A stretch of DNA of 58,200 bases from Sphaeroforma arctica JP610. Its lineage: Eukaryota. The DNA lies in NCBI RefSeq assembly GCF_001186125.1, contig NW_014040194.1, positions 24,249 to 82,448 on the forward strand, in the 5' to 3' direction. Below are positions 46,101 through 56,250 of this stretch, one piece after another (within the stretch, counting starts at the first letter, position 1; each line of letters opens with the position of its first letter). The notes under the pieces are model-generated. The model ran no database searches, was not told the origin of the DNA, and saw only the letters and a list, made by a program, of their open reading frames with translations. Made by a program: the position numbers and the translations under genes.

Positions 46101-46450
46101 TTTGTGGAAGCCTCTGATCTCAAAGTTTCTTCAGCCTTCAAAGCATATAGCTTGTCCAGCCAATTAGTCATCACCCGAGTCAACGGCATTATCCAAAACG
46201 ACATGGATTCTGTGCATCTCTCTGTTCCGTGCTGCACGCCCCGGTGTGATATCACTATCAAGCTGAATTGCTCTTCTATATGTCCATTGTTCTTTGGCTC
46301 GCTTCTGATAAACACAAGAATGCTTGTGTGTGTGTGCTGTCTAAGTATAGTGATATGATGGAGACTACTAGTAAATTCATCTCCGCGAACAGTTTTGGCG
46401 AGGGAAGTGATAAATGTGTATTAGTCTTGCGCGGATTTTATACCTCTTTA
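43150..46450 (-). mobile_element. Decayed Ty3/Gypsy retrotransposon copy A (gag-like, protease, RT, RNase H; truncated after RH)
   Basis: Minus strand: protease 'NTLVDPGAQR' (~45090-45061); RT 'SKLDLTG..FSWRGAHY..PFGL..VDDIVI' (44420-44185); RH 'QIMNDASDY..YFSKGLN..HFTIIRVPGKDNDMVDRLSRL'. Many stops and frameshifts. Internal tandem duplications of 243 bp (43183/43426) and 120 bp (45493/45613). Confidence 0.85.
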
Positions 46451-46559
46451 AACGTCAAGTGTCATTCATGAGCGAGCGACATCGTACTTGCGTGGTACCG
46501 CCTACTAGCAGATGACATTAGCAAAATAATCTGATATGATCCAAATTTAAATATCGCTG

Positions 46560-46626
46560 TGCAGCATCTAGGGACCAGATTATCAAGAAGCCAATACAAA
46601 CCCGAAAACCACAGAATCGTCAAATT
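46560..46626. repeat. Terminal fragment of the LTR-like repeat (inverted relative to the 50968 and 54900 copies)
   Basis: The reverse complement matches 55032-55098 closely ('aatttga.gattctgtggtt...gataatctggt.cctagatgct') and the end of the 50968-51274 copy. Confidence 0.8.
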
Positions 46627-47370
46627 CACGAGTTTTGGGTCCGATTTTCCACGATATAGCCTGAGAATCGATCACACGACGACAAATCGAAATGCAAAAG
46701 GAATAATGAATATTAAATACGTCGGCAAATAAAAGAGTACTCGCCACATACTGATAACTACAAAACAAGGGAACAATTAGTATCCAACATTACACACGCT
46801 CAATAAAACAAACGGATGAATGAGAGCAGCATCCATAAACAAGAGATTGAATATCAAATTTTAGCATGAAAATCAGAAAGCGCTAAAACAGGTATTGATG
46901 CACATGAATAATAGCAATGGGTACAAAGAATACACACAAACACTAACATCAACACAGTTTGGTGCAGGACTGAAAAATACACACAGGTGATGTCAATAAG
47001 ACCGAACATCACAGGCGAAGACAATACTATCACGTCAGCACACGTGTCAAATCAAGGCTAAGACCTCACATGAGAAAAAAGTCTAGCTAAGACCACATAT
47101 GGCAAAATAATACTATTATCACATATGACAAATAATACTATTATCACACATGACGAAATATGTCGTGCTAACTTCATACGTGACGAAATAAGTTTGACCA
47201 ATAAACAACAGAAACTCATTTCCAATCACAAAAGGAATACAACAAGCTACCAATCAACACATATCTGTAAACTCTTCACACGAAAGTGCAGCAAAACGTA
47301 CTAGCAACAAAGGTAAGTAAGATGAATCAGATATTTATTTTTACACAAGTTACCAGCAAAGACAAGGGGG

Positions 47371-49750
47371 ATGAAGCATTTATTCAGAACGAATATAACA
47401 CAAGTCGTTACTAATACCATGCAACACATACACCACCACAGACAATTTAAGATGCCGACAGCAACCAGAGCAGGGGTGTATGGCGGAGACGGCGATGACA
47501 CCAACATGCATGGCATGGACAACAGACCAGCAGGTGAGCCAACCCCAGGTCGTAGCTCAAGTCTACAAACATCTGAGGGGGTACCAATTCAGGCGTCAGC
47601 AATGCAATTAGAAATAGACAAGAGCATTTGTCAAGGCAACTACTTCCTGGCCAGTAGGTTCATCTCCAAGCTAGAAGCAACAGCACCTGTAGCTATCGCA
47701 AGTCTACACAAGATGAGAGTAGGTATTTATGATCAGCAACACGAGCGTCGCATACCTCTGGTAAACACAGAGCTCAGAAAGAGATACGATCAATGTATCA
47801 ATGCGTGTGGTGATGACGATGAGGATGAAGTAATTCAAATTAGTCAAAGCATTAACGAGCTAGAAATCATGCGTTCACGCTTAGGTTACAAGGTTAAGGC
47901 ACCAGCATTATCTAAACTACTAAAGACCTCCAAATTTTCGAAATTATTGAGAGATAGTTCTTTCAAAATGAAATTTGTGAAGACAATATAAAGTTTACTA
48001 CGCAGTGTTGAGACCAGTTTCTAGCTAAGTCCATGCCACTATGTCAGTATCCAGCACTAGTGAGATATCTATTAGATTTCACTGATGCAACTGACAATAC
48101 CAAGGGGGTCCTCAATGAAATACGTGACTCGGAGACGTAGAGCACAAAGAATTACTCTGATCCAGAGCAATTCAATAGAATCACTATTGGTAGACTCAGG
48201 CATCACCCAGTAGACTATCTATCAGAGAAGTTTCTCAATGACATAGAGAACAAGGCACTGAATGTGAAAGTGTGTACAGAGCGTATGTATAGGACAATGC
48301 AGGTGTTAGAGGAGCGATACAGAAATACGGACAAGGAGCCAATACATGTGCAACTCCTCAAGAAATTTTTGTACCACACAAGTACATTCCACAAACGAAT
48401 GAAGATGTAAAATTGGTGGTTTACAGATGGTCACATATACAAATGAATATCACCAGCAACGGTGAATTTACCATTGTTGTCCACAGGTGGACATGACCAA
48501 ACAGGTCTCCTCAAGAAAGTGAGAAGATGCTTAGACTTACGCGAGATCAATTACCAATATGAGCAAGGAAGTATTGCACAACCTTAAAGAAGCACAATTT
48601 TTCTCCAAACTAGATCTCACGGGGAAGGGGGGGGGTTCAACCTCTTCCTAGTTGATGAAGCTAGCAGGCACTTCTTCGCATTCTCGTAGAGATGAGTGTA
48701 ATACTCATTCAAGTCAGCGCCATTCGGTCTGCACTCACTCCAAGCACAATTTCAGAGAGTCATGGGAAACTTGCTCATATACATTAAAGGAGTGCAAGTG
48801 TACGTGGATGACATAGTTATTACAAGCCTCGCAGAAGAAAAACATCACAAAATAATTAAACGATTGAACGGAGTAAACTCCCGCCGACTCAACCACGACA
48901 AATGTGCTTTTGCGGTCAAAGTGGTCGCATTCTAGGAGTGAAAGACGCGAAACAAGGACTCGAAACTGATCCTGAAAAACAGAAAAGAATGATGGACTGG
49001 CCACTACTCAGAACAAAAAGAGATCTGCACAGAGCGGTGGGACTCGCAAACTACATGCGTGACTATGTCCTCAACTTTCCCAACACAACTAAGCACTTCT
49101 GCAACCTAATAAAAGGAAAATGAACCAAAACAGATCTATGTTATGGACACCGGATGGGAAGAACTCAAAGAAGCCATCGTATGTTCGGCGACACTATCAT
49201 TCCCTGTTGATGGGGTACCGTTTGAGATCGTGAACAGCGCTAGTGACTATGGCATAGAAAGATGTTTATTTCAGGTCATAGATGGAGTCAGAAGAGACAT
49301 TCTCTACTTCTCTAAATTCTTGAACCCAGCCCAACAACGCTATGGCACAAACACTAAAGTGCTACTAGTCCTGGTATACAGTTTGGAACATTTCTCTGAA
49401 TACATCAAAGAAGGGGACGTAACACTTTGAACAGATCACAAACTGATCACGCAAATGAACAGTCAACAGACGTTACACCCACTGCTAGCCAAATGAATAG
49501 CAAAAACAATCCACCACCATTTCTCCATCATACATGTCCCGGGCAAGGATAACCAGATGGCAAATATATTGTCACGTCTACACGACGGTATTTTTAATAC
49601 CAAAATGTCGAATGTATTAAAAAAGACGCGAACAAAACAACACACAACAGCCAAGAATACACCACCTTGGAAATAAACATGCCAATAATAATATCAGTTA
49701 TAGACTGGAAGAAGCTAAAAAAAGGCTTGGCATATTCACAGCAGATTGCG
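47371..49750 (+). mobile_element. Decayed Ty3/Gypsy copy B: gag-like ORF (47371-47991, probable start MPTATRAG at 47452), protease deleted, RT, RNase H, start of MTase domain
   Basis: RT 'KVRRCLDLREIN', 'SAPFGLH', intact YVDD codons at 48801-48812. RH 'NSASDYGI..YFSKFLNPAQQRYGTNTKVLL..HFSIIHVPGKDNQMANILSRL'. Ends in 'ISVIDW..EAKKRLGIFTAD', homologous to the start of the MTase domain in copies C and E. Confidence 0.85.
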
Positions 49751-49884
49751 ATGTTCCTCTGTGAGACATGCAATGACTAGTACACTTGCACTCTACTGTC
49801 CATGAGCAAGTTTGCTATGACTCCCTGGAATTGTGCTGTGAGTGAGTGCAGGTCGAATGGCGCTAATTTGAATGATTATTGCGC

Positions 49885-50635
49885 TCCTCTTCATGAGTCT
49901 GCTAACTTCATCTACTAGGAAGTGGTGGAACCCCCCCCCCCCCCTCCCCTTGAGATCTAGTTTCGAGAACAATTGTGCTCCTTTAAGGTTGTGCAATACT
50001 TTCTCACTTGTATTGGTAATTGATCTCGCTTAAGTCTAAGCATCTTCTTACCTTCTTGAGGATACCTGTTTGGTCATGTCCACCTGTGATAACAATGGTA
50101 TGCTCACAGTTGTTGGTGTTGTTCATTTGTATATATGACCATCTGTAAGCCAACAGTTCCCATTTTCATCCATTTTATGGAAGGTACGTAAGTGGTACTG
50201 AGTTTCCTTTGGCATGCCTCATTTGTCTGACATTGATCTCACAGTGATATTGGAACCTGGCAAGTTGCAGTGTACGGCAGGAGGTATATTTGCACTGGTT
50301 TCTAAGTTGTTTGCAAGTGATTCTCTGAACCCTACTTGTTCGTGCTCTGGGTCTTTCTCATGTGGAGTGAATAGTGATTCCCATTTTGCATCTGTTGGAA
50401 TAAGTGTATTTTTTATTCCTGCTGTGTATCCAACTATGTATGGTAGAATGTACATACCTAGCAGTATTGGTGCCTTCTTGTCTGGTAATTTCAATATTTC
50501 GATGCACTGAGAGGTTTTCCTACCTCCATAATTAATGTCACATACTTGTGTTGGCACTATTCTTTGTATTCGTGCATCTGTTTGTGGTTGAACCCTAAAA
50601 CCCCTCTTTGTAGATGACACACGCATCCAGGCTCC
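49885..50635 (-). mobile_element. Decayed Ty3/Gypsy fragment D (protease C-terminal half, linker, RT N-terminus)
   Basis: ORFs 50219..50626(-) ('APILLGMYIL') and 49793..49996(-) ('LKGAQLFSKLDL..FHHFLVDE'). Inverted homolog of 48400-48690 and of 52270-52980. Confidence 0.82.
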
Positions 50636-50967
50636 GCAGTCTGTTCGGTTGTAACCCTTCCTGAACCCGATCGATGAATGGGGTCGTCATTCCGGTCTAA
50701 GACAAGGGAATATTAAGCCCCGAAAGATATCGTCAAGTATGCTGCATGCGGTACCGCCTCTCCGTATCAAAGGACATCTCATCACGCCAACGCTAGTAGG
50801 CTCCACAAATGCGAACACTTCAACAGATGCCTACTTACCCCTCCCATACCATGGCGAGGAACTCTCTGACATATATCCACAGCCTTCCAAATACTTGGAA
50901 TTTCAACTGTCCCAGGGCATACCGGGTATCGACTTTGTAAAACACATGGACCACCTCATGGCAGTAT

Positions 50968-51274
50968 TGTAGAGTGTAGAGAGTAGCTGAAGGATACGAG
51001 CGAAACGATACAATGGACCTCTTCTCAAGTACGGTTATATCAGCTAGGAAAAGACCTTAGTCTGAGAGAACCGAACTGAGTCTATATTTGTGTTTTCTAA
51101 TTCACAAGACTCAGGCTTTTTACTTGAGTGTTTCTCTCACTCGCGGAGTCCCGGTATATCTTACCGGTTCTACCGCTAATACTGCTGATGACTCTAATGT
51201 CAGGAATTTATTAATCCTAATTCCAAAACTCAATATTTGACCATCCTTTTATTATCTGGTCCCTAGATGCTACA
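50968..51274. repeat. ~307-bp LTR-like repeat with TG...CA ends and a 5-bp terminal inverted repeat (TGTAG...CTACA)
   Basis: Begins 'tgtagagtgtagagagtagctg' and ends 'tctggtccctagatgctaca'. Homologous pieces at 54900-55098, 56216-56250 and (inverted) 46560-46626. No target-site duplication seen. Confidence 0.75.
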
Positions 51275-54200
51275 CAACGACTTCCATGACAGTCACTTGA
51301 ACGTTGAATACAAGCAGCACGATTGCGTCACACAATGCTTGAGCTGGAGAAACAGTTCAAGAGCACTGAGAGAGAGTTCATCAATTGGTAACTTCTCAAA
51401 ACATTTTGTTCCCTCTCACTAGTCATGTATAGACAGCAAGCTGAGACTGACAAGATAATAAAGGCTCAAACGAAGCCTGATAGTAGTAGTGGACACATAT
51501 CTGACATACAGAGAAGGTATTCCATGAACTCACGGAAGATCCATCAGACAAGCAACGATAACACAGGCTAATCGCAATCGTGAACGCATAAGAGTGAGAA
51601 CAAAAGAGTGAGAACTGCATTCATCCCAGACCAACGAGTCAATCGTCCAAGACTTGGCATATCCACAGGGAGTTCACTCAGAGGGGTGAGTCCACCCAGA
51701 GAGGCTGGACCACAAGTAGGACAAGGCAGAGGACGTCCCATCGGACAGGGCACTAACAACCCAACACCGCGAGGTCTAAGACTATGCCCACACTGTGGTA
51801 CAGGCCCTTCGCCACATGCGTTCAGCAAGTGCCCCAATGAGGAAGAAAGCAACCCCCAATGAGGAAGAAAGCAACCGCCAGAAGACAATAGCGCGTGCAG
51901 CGCAGCAATCTCAACCCATCCATCATGTGGACTAGTTAACCATTACTAATGGCAACAAGGTCCAAGAGATGGACGAAGAAATTTGACAGGCTTGGTGGGC
52001 GGAAGCTATAATGGTAAACATGGTAGACATTGTGAAGGCACACACTAATGAAGAAACGTTGTTAATAAATGCAAATGATATTGCTTACACACCTTGTTCT
52101 TTAATTCCTAACACACGAGACCAACGATTGCACATAGACATACAAATCAATGGCACTACATACAACGCACTAGTTGATTCAGGTGCACTACGCTTGTGCA
52201 TGGATCGCAGTGTAGGGACTGAACTAAATTTATCAGTCAAACACAACCTGGCTACATACAGCTAGCCAAATCTGACGCACGAGTACAACGCACAGGCTCA
52301 ACAGAAGTATGTGATGTAAACTACAGCGGTATAAAATCATCAAACTGCTCTGAGGTACTCGACCTCTCTAACAAGTAGTCACCAATACTTTTAGGTATAG
52401 ATATTTTACCATACTTGGGTATACATCTAGCGGTGATAATCAATCCACTCATACCAACAGGTACCAAACGGGAATCACTTCTTATATCACATGAAGAAGA
52501 CACTGGACACGAACAAGAAGGGTTCAGAGAATCACTATCAGACGTATACCAAAACGGCATGATCCCACTTGACGTACACTGTGATTTACAGGGTCAGTAG
52601 TGGAGATCAACCGAGCCAAGAAGTCAAAACCAAAATATCCGACACGCTAAAGTGAACCTTGTTCCTCACATATACATACCAAAAACAGATTACAATGTTC
52701 AAAATTGTGTCAAATAGGGTCACATATACAAAAGAACAGCACCGACACAAGTCATACTACCACTATTGTCAACAGGTGAATTTGAACCAACAGGCTTACT
52801 AAAGAAAGTCCGCATATGTTTGGACTTAAGAGAAGTTAATTATCAACATGAACAAGACAAATTCGTATCGTCGAAAATGAAATAAGTACTTCACAACTTA
52901 CAAGGTGCACAATTCTTTTCCAAATTGGACTTAACAGAAGGCTTCCACCATTTTTGTGTACACGAAAATAGCCAACACTACTTCTCTTTTTCATGGAGAA
53001 GAGCACAATACTCATTTAAGTCAGCCCCATTTGGACTGCACTCGCTAACAGCACAATCCAAAGAGTCATGGACAATCTACTCATTGACATTAAAGGCGTA
53101 CAAGTATATGTATATGACATAGCCATTGCCAGCCTCACAGAAGAGGAACACAGAGAGACAGCACGAGAAGTCATCAAAAGACTCAACGCGACCAACTTCA
53201 GGTAAAACCACAACAAATGTGCGTTTGCAGTCAAGACAGTCAATAAATTAGGCGTCGAAATTACAACAAAGGGGCTCAAAAGAGAACCCGAACAAAAAAA
53301 CCGCATGATTGGCTGGTCTTTACTAAAGTCGGATTAGCAAACTACATGAGGGACCACATACCCCAGTTTGCACACGCAACGAAACACTTCCACAATCTCA
53401 TGCTAGGAAAATTGAGCCAGAACATAGCCAATATTTGGAAACCTGAACTAATTAAAAAAGGGGAAGAACTCAAAGATGCCATCGCATGTTTAGCAACATC
53501 GGCATATCCAATTGATGGAGTACCATTCCAAATCATGAATGACGCAAGTGGTTATGTCATAGTAGGCTGCATGTTTCAAATCATAGACGGGGTCAGACGA
53601 GATATACTTATTTCTCAAAAGGCATAAACCCCGCACAATAAAGATATGGGACAATTACGAAAGAGATACTAGCGCTGGTATACAGTCAGGAACACTACTT
53701 GGAATACATCCAAGGAGACGATATAACATTGTGGACAGATCACGAGGCACTATGCCAGATGAATAAGCAGCAAACGCTGCATCCCATGTTAGCGAAGTGG
53801 ATAGCAAAACATTTCATCACTACTTCTCAATCATACACGTGCCTGGAAAAGACAACCAATTTGCCGACATACTATCATGATTGTACGAAGATACCTTCAA
53901 CATCAAAACATCAAATGTGTTGAATGAAGCCAACGAGCATACACACAATGGTCAACAATACACTGACCTTGAAACAAACATGCCCATACTAGTATCTGCC
54001 ATAGACTGGCAACTACATCCACGATTCTACAAAGAGGCAGAACGCAGGTTTGTAAAATTCGTCATCGATTTATTAGTAGCAGCATAGTTCTACACTAAAG
54101 AACAGAATGCATTACTACAAAAATGGGCAGAGGAAATAAACGCATTGGCGTATTCCCCTGGGAGCTAATCTCAGACGTTCTTGACAAAGTCATAGAGGAA

Positions 54201-54899
54201 GCCACGAGAATCACAATATGCGTACCTTACTACCCAAATACAACGTGGTTCCCCAAGTTCCTGTCACTGTTAGAACAAGACCCGATGATAGTCGAAAACA
54301 CGAACAACACGTTTCTGAACGAGGGCACGACAGTCTGTGGCAAAACACCATTGGTGGGCACACTAGTAGCAAAGATAGGCACAAAGTCACCATGCTTTGA
54401 CCAAAAACTAGCACATCCAGCTATAAAGATCGTGTCGGTACAAACCGATGATGAGTCGGCAGAGCTAGACACAGTCACATTTGAGGATAGAGTTACCCTG
54501 ATATCTCAATACCACTCTGTGGGCCACTACACTGTCGAAGAAACAGTGAATAAACTTCAACTAAATGGCCACACATGGTCACGCCAGAAAGAACATGTAA
54601 ACCAATACATTGAAGGCTGTGTACCATGTCTCAAGTACAAATCCACAAAAAGGGCTTCCACCTTTACAACGAATAACAGCCGCATTTCCGGGCGACAAAA
54701 TACAAGTGAACACCATCGGTCCCTTGATCAACTCGAATAGAGACAGCACATGCGTCCTAGTTTTCCTCGATGTGCACTCATCATATGCCATACATAGATC
54801 AATGATGGAAAAATCAGCTGCGACAGTCGCACGAACACTATTCCAATCATGTTTGAACAAAGCTTTCCACAAATCATACAAACGTATCAAGGCCCAGAA
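51275..54899 (+). mobile_element. Near-complete but decayed Ty3/Gypsy copy C: gag (Zn knuckle), protease, RT, RNase H, Dam-like MTase, H2C2 zinc finger, truncated rve integrase
   Basis: CPHCGTGPSPHAFSKC knuckle (51785-51832); protease 'YNALVDSGA'; RT 'LDLTEGFHHF..FSWRRAQYSFKSAPFGLH'; RH 'FQIMNDASGY..LWTDHEAL'; MTase 54004-54380; 'YHSVGH...YIEGCVPC'; integrase 'PLQRITAAFPGDKIQVNTIGP..LDVHSSYAI'. Multiple frameshifts and stops. Confidence 0.9.
54004..54380 (+). pseudogene. DIRS/Dam-like DNA N6-adenine methyltransferase domain in copy C (disrupted)
   Basis: 'DWQLHPRFYKEAERRFVKFVIDLL..' then '..PWELISDVLDKVIEEATRITICVPYYPNTTWFPKFLSLL'. One stop/deletion and a frameshift at the catalytic motif. 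Confidence 0.8.
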
Positions 54900-55098
54900 T
54901 GAGATAACCGAATTGAGTATTTATTTTAATTTCCTAATTCACTAGACTCATGTTTTTACTTGAGTGTTTCTCTCACACGCGGGGTCCCGGTTCAGCTTAC
55001 CGGTTCTACCGCCAATATTTCTGAAGACACTAATTTGATGATTCTGTGGTTATAGGTTTTGGATTGGCTTTTTGATAATCTGGTTCCTAGATGCTAAA
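54900..55098. repeat. 5'-truncated copy of the LTR-like repeat, joined directly to the broken integrase of copy C
   Basis: 'tgagataaccgaattgagt...ttacttgagtgtttctctcac.cgcgg.gtcccggt...cttaccggttctaccgc' matches 51063-51200; ends 'ctagatgctaaa'. Confidence 0.82.
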
Positions 55099-56215
55099 TT
55101 AACGCCGTGAAGCTGTTAATATATCTGAAGTATCAGAGTTCAATTTAAAAGTGAAGTATAAGAAGGCAGTTAAATAATAAGATTAGGTATGCCTCGTGAA
55201 AACATTAATACTCTGGGGGATTAAAAGGCTGAGGCATTGCATATACATATTGTAAATCCTCCCAGTACTAATGTCGCCGAAGAGATTTTATTGATCTTTT
55301 CGTTGTTTGTCTAGACGAAACTATAACTAATTTTCGTTGGGCCAATTCGAAGGACTCGCAAAATCCTATCTTCAAACGATTGTATTGTATTGATCATAAT
55401 AACTATCATCGGCAATCTGGTTGGCTGAACGGAGGATAAATTAGGAAACTGTAATAGTCCCTAGAAAACTATGTTCGGTTGAGCCATCTCGCTACCGAAG
55501 TATTCAGATATATATATTTGAAGAATTTAATAGGTCTTTAAATAGGTCTACTACAAGTATCGTCTTTGGCATTATAATGGGCCAATTCATGGGCCGAATC
55601 TAAATATCTGATTTGTAAAATGGAAAAGATATTAATTTAATAATCTTGGAGAAAGACAAGAGCAAATCCAGTGTTGTGGACCAGAACCGGGATTACGAAT
55701 GTACGAGAGAGATCATCAATGACAACATCAGTTTGGGTGCCGATTCAGAAGCAAGGTCTACGACAGGATCAGAATCTGATACGGATATGTTTCTGACCGA
55801 TGGTAGTATCTCAATAGAGGATTTGTATGAATACGACAATGACCAGAACATACAGAGAAGCACGAGTTGATCTGAGCTCAATGAAACTTCAGGGTTGCAG
55901 GATTGCCCCCCCCGGTAAGAACTCGTGAGCAAACTTACTCACAGGTTCCAAAGCTCTAAAATTGAGAGAGTGGAGATGCTATCACGTATATTTCCCTATG
56001 ACAAGAGATGAAAGATCAACATTCTTCGAGGGTTTTCACCAGGATGACATCGCCGACTCCAATAGCATTCAGCTTCTACAGGATTTGATTACGCCTGTGA
56101 ATCCTGGAAGTCTCAGAACAAAGCATAACACGAGGAGACAAATACAAGCAAGAATATGAAAGGTATTTTATATTCATTTATTCGGTTTTTAAGTATGTAT
56201 GTCGATTGATTATTT

Positions 56216-56250
56216 TGTAGAGTATAAAGAGTAGCTGCAAAAATACGAAA
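56216..56250. repeat. Terminal ~35 bp of the LTR-like repeat, abutting the integrase of copy E
   Basis: 'tgtagagtataaagagtagctgcaaaaatacga' versus 'tgtagagtgtagagagtagctgaaggatacga' at 50968. Confidence 0.7.

Noticed and set aside
51257..51274. 'tggtccctagatgctaca' as a tRNA primer-binding site
   Set aside because: It lies inside the repeat, upstream of the CTACA terminus, and recurs in the other copies. I cannot match it to a tRNA 3' end.
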